Assembly (NCBI GenBank): GCA_963924565.1 | Contig: OZ004608.1 | Location: 6,076,001 to 6,140,000 of the forward strand | Length of the DNA: 64,000 nucleotides | Source: Ascidiella aspersa | Taxonomy: Eukaryota | Direction of reading: 5' to 3' | Part shown: one piece after another, positions 1-11,242 of the stretch | Layout: each line of letters starts with the position of its first letter | Position numbering within the stretch: the stretch's first letter is position 1 | Notes under the pieces: generated by a model | The model's input: the letters and a program-made list of their open reading frames with translations, nothing else | Told to the model about the DNA's origin: nothing | The model's database searches: none | Made by a program: the position numbers and the translations under genes

Positions 1-251
1 TGCTTTTTATCCGCTCGATACATTTTTTACTATGCACCATGAAGTTCCAAAACATGTATTTTATTGAATTGAAAAGAAAAAACGTTGTTCGAGTTCTTTT
101 ATAATTTTGTGGTTCTTTATATGAAACGAAAGCAAGCCGTTGGCAAATTTACCGTTTGATATCTCCAAAAGTAAAAATAAACATATACGAGAATTTTTAC
201 ACATCACTTTTTTCGAATCTGGCAACATCACATGAAGCAAAGTTGTCTCAC

Positions 252-2826
252 CTGATACAGAGGTGAATTCCAAAGTAGTTGGAGCCGCGGTGTTCGCTTT
301 GCCAATGGAGATAGAATCCACGGTGGTCGTTTGTATTGCGTTGGTTGTAAATGAAGTGAATGGTGAGGAAATGACAGGGTTTGTTTGTTTAACACTACTT
401 GTCGCTGCAACCTTATCTGAACAGAAAATGTTGAATGGCTTCACATAACCGCGACGCAACATTTGGACTGAGTTAGCAAAATATCGCGTTTATGGCTGCG
501 GTTTGAACAATAAGCTAATTTAGTTTTCAAACGGTATTTTCTATCGATATATGTCACGGGTTTATTACGTAAAATACTTTAGAAGTGCTTAGCGAAGGTT
601 GTGCGTTTAGTTGTTCCATTTAAGTAAAACACACAACGTTGAAATTTGATTTGATGTTAAACTCGACCTCATTTAACCGAAGTGGCACTTAGGAGTCGGA
701 TTTATGGCACCATTATGTCATTATACAACGCATGCTTCGTTTATTACCGACCTTTATAAACCTGTGTGAAACGACATTTTTTAAATTTAATCTAACTTTA
801 CTTTACCACTTCACAGTTTATTTAAATATTTAACTTTTGTTTCAAAAATATTTACCAATTTAATGTTTAGGTGTTGACTTGTTATAAGTTCATGTCCAAC
901 ATTTACATTATAATATTAAATCAACCAGTTAATGTAGTCATTTACTTATACTACAAATATCCAACACTTCTGATAATTTATGTTTTATATATATGAACTA
1001 TGCACTGATTAGCATGAGAGTAGAGCTATTCAGTTGCGTTTAAAAACCTTCAATGTTTGTTTGTGACCAGAAATTGTTTTTTTGTAACCGATTCCGCAGC
1101 CCTAATAAAAACAAATCACATGATTTTAAATTTCTATTATTGGCACGTAGTGTAAACGTTTAGACATAAATAAAATGTTATTCCATTTGAAATAATATTT
1201 TCGCATTATTTATGCTTCTGACGAACATCTTACGCTATCCACAATTACGTTTTGTTATATTTTGATTGCTGATTCATTTTCCATAATCATGGGCTATACT
1301 CGAGGCGTACAGTTTATCATGTTACAACGTTTTGCGCAATAGCTATGAAGAGCCCACAGCATGTTGGATTGTTTCTTTTGTTTAACCAGACAAAATTCAG
1401 CCATTCCAATATTTCATCTAGAAGTTTGTATAAGGCTCTATGCCTGTTCTAGCATTGTAAGCTGTTGTTCTTTATCCATTCGATATAATTTTTACTATGA
1501 CCCACAAAGCTATATAACATCTTAAACAGCTTTATTAAAATGAAGTTGTATAAAAAAGTTTGTTTAAGATCTATCTTAACTTTGTGTTTATTTTTGACCA
1601 AAGAGAGGCAAGCAGTTGAAAATCGATTGATATCTCCGGAAGTAAAATAACAATATCTACGAGAAACCTTCACACATTACTTCTGTGAGAATCTATTATG
1701 ACAACATCACATTACGAAGGATTGTCTTACTTGATACAGAGCTGGATTCCAAAGTAGTAGGATTCCTGGTGTTAGCTTTGGCAAAGGAGACAGAATTCAC
1801 GGTGGTCGTTTGTTTTGCGTTGGTTGTAACTGAAGTTAATGGTGAGGAAGTGACAGAGTTTGTTTGTTTAGCGCTGCTTGTTGCTGCAACCTTATCTAAA
1901 TAGAAAATGTTTAATGGCTTCACGCAAACGCGACGCAATTCCACGCGAATTTTATATGAAGTAAGTGTTCCCATTAGAGGCACAATGCAATTTTTAACAG
2001 TGCTTAATATTCATTAAAAAACTAACTCAACCACGAAAGTATAACGGCCATAATAGCCATACTAATTTTGCCAAAATGAAATTGATAAAAATATTGTATT
2101 TTTGTTTCCCAATTTTTATGCGACCATATAGACCGCATCGACTTGTTAACTTAGAACGTTTTCAAAGTGCAATTTATGCTGGTTAATCTGATAAATATAT
2201 TTTTTGGGATGAGCGCGAACCTATAACATCTTTGAAATAAAGAATCTTGACGTTTCAGTAGTACATGTTTTTGTACAACTGTGGGATCAATAAACCACAT
2301 AAATTATTTGCCTTATCTTTTCACTGTTGGTTCCGTAGGTTATGGTTTAATAAAAATAACGCTGACAAAATATTATTTTTACCGCCTGGTCTCTGACAAA
2401 TGTAGTTTTCCTTCCTGGTGCATAGTATGTCACTCCAAGAATAGTCCTTTTCACTTTTTTCCATCGCTGCACAATCCTCCAGCCATAATAAGTCATTCGG
2501 CTCTCCAGGTTTCCACTTAGTGTAATTTAACTGTGAGCCGTCAAGAAATTGTGGTTGTTTGCTCTTTTCAATCCTATATAATATGTGTTTATAGCTAAAA
2601 CTACTGGCGTAAAATCTCGCAGTTGCTTTGCTAATAATGTTTGTATCTTCGACGAGTTGACTTTTGCAAGAGTTCCATTTAATTTAACACACGCTGCTGA
2701 GGCTTGGTTGAAAGTTTTTTTGTTGATGCTGTCGATGTGGTATTCCAGGTTGCCCAATTGATGCCAAATAGCGAAAGCACTACCAAACAATGTTAAAACA
2801 ATTGTTGCAAAAAGAAGCGACTGCAT
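252..2826 (-). pseudogene. C-type lectin receptor A1 (EPN-type CTLD + mucin stalk), frameshifted; continues off the left edge
   Basis: Exons 2826-2383 (signal peptide MQSLLFATIVLTLFGSAFA; CTLD with YYIGL, WKPGEPN, EDC, WSD, YICQ), 1895-1731 and 416-252 (165-nt phase-1 Ser/Thr stalk exons with AG/GT sites). A 7-nt deletion near 2545 relative to paralog A3 (FEWLDG) shifts frame and gives TAA at 2527-2529. Confidence 0.8.
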
Positions 2827-3669
2827 CCTACAATATATGGCTGTGTTGTCTGTAAACCAAAATTCGTACGAAAATACTCTTTAAAGGCAACCTTATGACA
2901 ACGTCCAATGCTATACTTAGATATAGCCCTGATTCAAGGTAAACAGGAAACCCGCCTCTTACTATAACAACTGTGTGTGGAAATGTGACGCATTACGCTT
3001 GCTAACTATTCAGGAATTGTGTGGGACAGAGCCCTGACAAAATTGTTTGTTAAGCATTGTGAGTTTGAAACTATAGTTTTATTTATTTTAACAGGTTTTC
3101 GTAAAACCAATCATCGTTTGTTTAGTTTCGAATTTGTTACAAACAACGAACAAAATATAGATTTCATAAAGTTAAACACGGTAAATGTGCGTTACCATTC
3201 ATTTGTAAAAACATGCAAGAGTTAAACCCTAAAGTGGCAGCGTTTCCTATAGTTAAAGTTGCTTACCAATGGATTGCTGGCTCGCTTAATTTGTTCGCTT
3301 AAGAAAAATATTGTGCAATGTTCTAATAATCTAAAGTCTTATACCCATGTGGTTAAATTGGGTCAATGATCTGGCAAAACTTCCAGAGGGCAATATTGTC
3401 AGAGCCTTAAGCCTGGTGCAATTTTTTAGGGGTTAATTTTACAAATCCCTCTTTGCCCACCGCTGACAACCACACTGGTACTACTTTGTTGGCCCGCATG
3501 TCACTGTTTTCATCTTCTTGCAAAGAAAGCGTGTGGTTTGGTAAGATGTATTATAAAGTTTTCGTCATAATTTTTTAGTATAGTTAATTATATCTTTGTG
3601 CTGTTTTATTATTTCCGAACCATTAATGATCGTGGAAATGTGTATATGCCTCCTAATTAGCAAAGCACG

Positions 3670-3930
3670 GCAGCTGTACGTCAGTTTTTTTAAACGCCTA
3701 TCATCGGTATGTGTCGCTTTCGCACTAGAAAGAAATGCGCTTTTCGCGCTTACAAGTTTGCACGGCAACTGACTTTAGGAAAAACCATTCAAATCGGCGG
3801 GAAATTGAGCCTCAGTTTGCCGCAAAGGCTAAACATTAATCTCTAAATTTAAGACATATGCATTTCTAATCGAACTGTTGGACATGTTACTTTATGTAAA
3901 GCTCAGGCTGGTCATTTAGCGTTACCACAA
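3670..3930. repeat. Dispersed repeat, related to 4890-5210, 24225-24540 and 39475-39790
   Basis: Shared blocks such as tgtcgctttcgcac, aaatcggcgggaa and gctggtcatttagcgtt. Family not identified. Confidence 0.55.
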
Positions 3931-6900
3931 GAGATCAATCTACAAACTGCCGTAAATTTTGCATAAACATCATCTTTAAATCATTTAATGATTTGTGACA
4001 TTAGTTTTATGTTTGAATGTCTGTCTTTCTTCATATTCGTTGGCAAAGTCATTTTATATGGTAGGTCTTGTGTTTTCTGTTGTAACATTTTTTAATGTTT
4101 TATGGATTGTTAATGTCTGACTGTTACCTATAACACATTAATGACATAACCTAAGGTTGACTTCCTTTATTAAAGACCTAGATATTTTACAAATGACTTG
4201 ACTGGAATTTAAGTCATTTTACATTGACTTGTTTACAAAACTGCAAAACAGTAAGAACTGTAAACCAATCTACCGTTGAAATAAAAAATTATAGAAAATA
4301 TTTTGCATTTCTAGATTCTTTTGTTTTTTTCTCAGATGAAGTGTTTTCTATGTCGTTCAGGTTATTCTTCTGTTTTTCGACAAATTGCTCTTATCACTCA
4401 CTTTGCCTTTAATCAGAACAGGTTAGGGAATTGTTTGATGGTTTAAAAGCGCCTTGCTTTTTGTTTTGATAATTATAATTATAGCAGTCTTACAATTCTG
4501 TGTTAACTCGTTATTCATCAGCGTTTTAAATTGATCGGCAGCAATTGGGTTTACCACTCAATGTTTGTTAGCAATGAGTATTAGTTTTGGTAAGAAGCTC
4601 TTACGAAATTCTACTCAAGGTCATAAACGAATAGCAATGTATTCTACGCTAAGTGTTTGCGAGTTTAGTTCCCTTGTAAACAATATTTTTTCCTAATATA
4701 AATCTGGTTTTGGAGTTTAACCGTTGTTTTGTGTTAACCTGAAATATGAACTAGAATGTCATCTGTTATATAGGCTTTTTTATTGTTTGAAATCGGAAAA
4801 TGAAAGCAAGACACGTACGTCTTACAAAATGTTGATTCAAAGTTATCAAGGATGTGCGACATCACGGAATACAAATCGTTTTTTTAAATACCCCTATTAC
4901 CGGTAAGTGTCGCTTTCGCACAACTAAGAAATCCAATGTTTGCGCTAGTTAATTTGCACAGCGACTGACTTCGGAAAAACTCAGTCAAATCGGCGGGAAC
5001 TTGAGCTTCATTTTGCCGCGACGGCAATAAACAATAATCACTAAATTTAAGACATATGTAGTAAGAATAGCAAAGCCAATACTGAAGTTTAAACGTTTCG
5101 AATAACTCTTTATTTGTTTTCAATATCAGACATATGGATGCTTAATCCAACTGTTGGACATGTTGTTTAATATAGAGCTCATGCTGGTCATTTAGCGTTT
5201 CCACAATGGCTTAACCAAATACAAAAGTACTTTGAATCAGAGCAAAATCAACAATCGTAGTTAAGACGATGTACATCATTAACGGTGGTGAAAACAACTA
5301 AATCCCAATCTTAAAAGATTACTCAGACAAACCGTGCCTACATCTAACCTCATGATAAGCTATTCAAATAGCGTAATGCACAGGAAATGTGTGCAGTAGA
5401 ACGTTAAGAAGGTTAGTTAAGGTAACTTTAAAAACTCGGCGGTAACTGAGCGTTTAAGGATCGCAATATTTAATTTTTTCGTTTCTCACCGAAACCAAAA
5501 AATAAATGAAAATAAATACTAAACAGATTTAGAATTTTGTACGTTAACTTGAAACATAGTTTTTTCAGTCTTCCAATTGACTTTGCACAGAGCCTGACTT
5601 TAGGAAACGTAATTTATTTCGGACTTACGATGTATTTCATATGGCCGTGATGTTGATTAAACCTGAATTTGACATATTTTATTAAATTGATTTGCCAAAC
5701 TGTTCGAACACGCAGCACAAGCGCGGTGGTTCAGAGGTTTTACAAAACATGTTTAAAACTTAGAATAAATGGGACTTAGTGTAATGTTGGGTGATTTGTT
5801 GGCAGTCGTACAATACGAACGATGTTTGCTTACAGAACACTTTTGCTGTATGTTATCTGAGGTGTGTTGTTAGGATTTTCAACATTTCAACGCAACGAAT
5901 ATGCACTGTCCAGCATGTTATTTTCTCAACTATAGGGCACAACGCACCTCGATTTCTGCGAAGTTTATCATGTTAAGTCATGAGCCAGTAGTGTGAATTC
6001 TAACGGCCCGCTGCATATTTACTTAATAATGATAAAGTATAGTTGAAAATTTGTCGGATTCAATTACAAATTACCTTTTACTTAATATTTTAAACTGAAC
6101 AACAATTGATTAAAACACACTACATTTGCATAATTGGTTATAATTTATTCGTTAAGCAAAAATCGTTTGAATTAAGTTGGACACAACATTTAAAGCCGGC
6201 CCACTATCGCCGAACTTACAGATAATTCGGCAATTTATGTCAAAAGTGGTGGCTCCTGTGTTAAGCCCTGTAGATAAATTGGGCTCCGTAAATTTTTCAG
6301 GTTTTTCATTCAAAAAGTGTAGGATTAGGCGACATCGATTAAAAAAATCCAGAACGTTTTATCATATTGAAAATTTTATGAAATATAGACAAATTTACAG
6401 GAATTTGTGAAACGTAAGTCACATAGAAAATCGTGTCTTATTTTCTAGTGGCGGAAAATTTATAGCAACTTTTTTAAAACTTTTTATTGATACAAACTTT
6501 TTACAGTAGTTAAACAACCACTTTTTCTAGTAATTCGCGCGATACAAGAGTTGTTTTTGTGCTATCTAACAAACATCTGTATACAGTGCGAATAACAGTA
6601 TTCCTCATAAAGGACATTATTTATGAATGTTGTTTTAGATGCTAAGGTCAGGTATATATACAATGGAAAGCAAGTCTAAAGTTTTAGGTATTTGCCTTGC
6701 ACAGAACTGCACCTACAGAAAATAGTGCGAATAACAGTATTACTCATGAAGGACTTTATTTATGAATGTTGTTTTAGATACTAAGGGTCAATTCTATAAA
6801 GCGAATCTAAAGTTTTAGGTAATTACCTTGCACAGAAACCCAACTGTACCTACAGATAATATAAAAATGAATTAGTCAGGAAAAATAAAACTCTCAATTT

Positions 6901-6992
6901 ACGTCCAATATTGTTTATACCGAGAAATTAACATTGGGTTATTTTTCAAACTATTGTAAGGAGGCTTTCACTGGTATTGCAGTTGTTTGGGC

Positions 6993-9900
6993 TTATAGGT
7001 TAGATTGTTCTTGGGTCCTAAACTCGACGTATCCCGGGTCTCTTTCATCATTTTCCTGGACTGGAAACACTGGGTTGGGTTTCACGTAACCGCCTTCTTC
7101 TTCTTCGTCAGTACATTCTTCTGGACCTTAAAATACTATGGATTATCATGCAATTTGTTAAAAATTGATAAAGTATTTTTTTCTTAGGTTTTCTGTATAT
7201 ATTACAAACTTAATAACTTTGGTACATCACTGATTGTTGCTTAAACCTTTTCAGATTAAAGCATTTTCATTCTGCAAGGCGTATTAGAATTAAGGAGACA
7301 AGTCAAAATTTTAGACTATTAAAATAAAAAAAAATAAATTAGGCTTACTGTGAAATAGAAAACTTCTTAACCTGCTTAATTATCGCGTAACAATTCCTAG
7401 ATTTGTCGATATACTTTCGTTACATCTTTTATCAGTTGTTTTTATTATAAGTGTTGCATTCAGCGAAGTGTGAAATTTCAACAGCTATTCCCTTCGAGTT
7501 ATTCCTAGATTTATTTAACAGTATTTAAATAAGCTAACAAGCAAAGTTTCGCACATTTTAAGGAGTCACAAGAGGAGTTTGGGAATTTCCGGTGGTAGTT
7601 TGGACTGAAAATAGAAACATTTTTCACTCTAGAATCGCGTAATAATCCTCCATTTCTCGGTTCATTTCTTGGCATAGAATCTAGTCTATTCGACTGATTT
7701 CCTATCCGTTCATTTTGGTGCCAACACTAAAAGGAGGACTAGGCTTAGTGCACGCAGCATTACGTTTAAAATTGGTGTTAACGTAGACATGCTTTGTGTG
7801 AGATGTGCTTGCTATGGGAACTTCGTAGGCACTTTCCACAACCACTTCAGAATCTTTTTTTGGGCATCTAGAAATGTAGGGACTTTTAACTCTGGGTAAA
7901 TGGGTAACTATTGGTTTGTGTTAAAGAATAAAATACGGTGAATAAATACTGATATTAATTTTATTTACAATGTCACACAAACCTTTTCTTTATATGAAGT
8001 TCAAATTTTATGTTTTCGTTTTAATTTCAAAAATTAATAATTTCATGAGAATCATCGTAATGAATTTCTTTAAATACCCAAAACATGTTAAACATAATAA
8101 TCATAAAACTTTTCGGTCGGGCATACTCGCGCATTTTGACAAAAGTGAAAATCTAAACAGTTCTTTTGTTTATATTAAAACGTTGTCACCCATCTCGAGC
8201 AACATTTTTTATTCGGTTGTATGTCTTTACTTGCCTTTTCTGTTGACGTAGCTGAAAAATATTTATGCCAACGGATGCCAACAAGAGAAGAACAAGAACG
8301 ACTACTGCTATGGTGAGACCGTGGGCAGATTCCGTTTTAACAGGCCTGTGTTGAACTGTGAATAGAGCATTAGTTAAGTGTAGTTTTCTAGGTAAATTTT
8401 ATTTTCTACAACACACTTTGTTCTATAAGTAAAAAACGTCTTGAGTAGGGTATGACTAATTTTACCACATTTTATAGAGTACCGGTACACTAAGATATTC
8501 CTATTTTGCCAGCATTCTATCAGTATGGCTATTCCAAAACCGCTTTTTGCATATTGCGTTGCACTATTTTTGGTCGTGGCGCATTAATGTGTATTAGCGG
8601 CAACATGTTTATGTCCGTGCTCCGTAACCTTTTTTACTCACGATACACCAACAGAGCCTGAACAAATTCGGCGGGACACCTCCGAAATATTTGACGATCG
8701 ACAATAGACAACATAAGCAAATATATTTCTGGTTTTACGGGTTCTTCTGAAAATATCTTAAGACGGTTGAGGTGCTCAAATTGCACCCCGTGAAGTAGCG
8801 GATAGGAGAACATTGAAGGATTTCAACAGCATATTTCAAAATTGAAATCTGATAATAGGGTTTTGTACTTTTTTGCCTAATTTATTTTTTGGAAGATACT
8901 GTTTTTAACAATTATTTTTTTAAGATTATTTTTAACATTCACTGTAATATATTTACTTCATGGGTTTTAATAATTATCTTCCTTCAACTTAGGTGTAAAG
9001 TACACAATTACTGTATATTTATACTCCTGGTAGTTGTACGAGTTAAATAAACTATTTTAACGTTTAAATTTGACGATTGGACCTTACTTAGGTTTTAAAC
9101 GAGGTTGAAATATAAAGGAAAGTTGTTTTTTTTTTTGTCAAAAGTAGCCTGTAAACAAAAAGTAAAGCACATCGAGAAGCATCGTGACACACCTGACATG
9201 GTTTAGCGGCATAGCAGTTTGCCGCGGCACACCGGTTGCGGAGTATTGTTTCAGACGTTGCGTGGAAGTGCTTAAAGTTAATTAGTTTGGCTTCCTAAGG
9301 GCGCAGAACAAAAGCTAATACCACGTCTAAAAATAACTCCCTAATTTAAACGCGAAATTAGCGCACGTTGCAAAGTTTTAACCCACTCCTATCTGGTTGC
9401 AGGTTAATTTGACAAAACCGTAGCCCGACCCAATTGTTTGTGTTAGATTTCCGTGTTTAAGGTTTTCGCATTGTGAAAATTGATAGTTGATAAAATAATA
9501 ACGTTGTGGTTTTTATATTTTATATCAGGATTTGTGCTTGTTTAAAAAAATCTCAAACAACTTCATTCATACATAAGTGGTTTAAGATATGTTTTTACTT
9601 TGCTTATCTTTTTGGCTCGATTAATGAATATTTTTTACCAATTTAGAACTATGGCAAAATCACATGAGTCCGAATTGTCTTACCTGGTACGCAGGTGGAA
9701 ACCAAAGTAGTTGGAGCCGCGGTGTTAGCTTTGGCAGAGGAAGCGGAATCCACGTTGATCGTTTGTTTTGCGTTGGTTGTAACTGGAGTGGATGGCGAGG
9801 AAGTGACATGGTTTGTTTGTTTAGCGCTTTTTGACACTGTAACATAATCTGGACAGAAAATGTTGATTGGCTTTACGTTAACGCTGCGCAATTACACGCG

Positions 9901-11242
9901 AATTTTATTTAAAGCACGTTTAACTCGTTTTGTGGATCTGCTTCGTACAACTGTATTTTAAACAACGTTTCATGTTTATTAAACATAAACACAAGATCGA
10001 GAGTATAACAGTCCTATTATAGAATTACATATTTTGCCAAAAAGAACTACATGAAACTTCTACGTGATTTTGGAATGTCTTTTGTTGCCAAATTTTTACA
10101 TCACGCTACATGTCTTAACCAGATGTGGAAGTGAAATGTTTATTATGGCTTTACTTTAAGACTAAAATAACTTAACGCGAATCTTATATGGACTTAAATT
10201 AGTAACTCGCTTTGTTGTGGTCTGTTGGTTTGAATTTTTGCAATGCATGATAAATTTTACTGTTTTTATTAAATATGGCAAAACATCGCTTGTACAACGG
10301 CACTGTTTGAAATACACTGTTGGCCTACCTAAACTAGATAAACTCAAGTTCGACGAGTTTTTTAAAAGTAGTTTTGTTACACATTTACGTCGCGACAATA
10401 TAGCTATAGCGTCTCTTTTAACGCTTATAGTAAACTTTTACAAAATTACAATTTTTCTTGGTTAATCTAGTAATGACATGTTTTGCCCAGTATATATGGT
10501 TATAATGTTTTACGTAAAACTTATATAATTCAAAAAATTAGTAGAACACAACTTGATGAAGCTTTGCCGAATATTTTAAGGGCACCCTTAAACAGAAATC
10601 CTTTATCCTTGCCACATTTTTTTAGCTATTCTGATCCATTTAATTTCTTATATGATTTGTAGCATTTTTCAATTGAGCTGCCCGGTTTCTGTTTATTTGT
10701 TTTATTTACAAAACGAATAGGATATATTTACTCACCAATAGTTCTCTGGCAGATGTATCCGAATGTTGTTGTGCAAGGCATGTCATACCAGAGTAAATTG
10801 TCACTCCAGGAAATACCCATGGTGACGCAATTCTCGTTTCCATCGTGGTTGTCAGGTTGCTGCATTCCCCACGACGTATACATCAAAGCTGTTTCATCCA
10901 ACCATCGAAACTCACCACCACTTACATTCCGCTTCAAACCGATGTAAAACCCTTTCTTCGGAACTGTATACAAACGTTGGTTAACGCCACAAGTGATGTA
11001 AAACCACAAGCAAGTGGAAGGTTTTGTCACAAACCTGTAAAATTCGTCAGAAAATTCTGAATCCTTGAAGAGTTGACTTTTGCCAAAGTTGCGTTTAGAT
11101 TGCTACAAGCGGCAAGTGCTCCATTAAAATTTGTCAAATCGCTTGCAGCAATGTAGTATACCTTCCCGTTTAACTGGTGCCAAGTAACAGCTCTTGCTGC
11201 AGTCAGAAGATAACACGCAACTAGTAATGTAGCAATTCGCAT
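6993..11242 (-). CDS. C-type lectin receptor B1: QPD-type CTLD, mucin stalk, TM, Tyr-motif tail
   Basis: Exons 11242-11035 (signal + CTLD N-half), 10963-10736 (FYIGL..WGMQQPDN..ENC..WYDMPC..YICQ), 9848-9684 (stalk), 8355-8235 (TM LTIAVVVLVLLLLASVGINIF; GC donor), 7867-7764 (SAYEVP, VYVNT), 7126-6993 (DEEEEGGYVKP..DPGYVEF..stop). Phases match and the frame is open. The last splice (C|GTAATG) is the least certain. Confidence 0.8.
8615..9248. mobile_element. hAT-like MITE in intron 3 of B genes
   Basis: Imperfect 15-bp TIRs ccgtgctccgtaacc / ggttgcggagtattg. Intact copy also at 43208-43871; right end deleted in B2 (from 27819); split between 46965-47176 and ~55180-55314 in B4. Confidence 0.7.

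Noticed and set aside
263-448. Val-rich plus-strand ORFs (also 1685, 28788, 46892, 55635, 56622)
   Set aside because: Antisense shadows of the Thr-rich stalk exons.
2975-3030. Specific transcription-factor sites upstream of A genes (tgtgacgca, tgtggga)
   Set aside because: Shared among paralogs, but short and not separable from general duplication similarity.
4884-5123. Recurrent small ORFs (4884/24216/39465; 10162/29214; 12983/32062)
   Set aside because: Recurrence is explained by recent segmental duplication, with no domain or splice support.
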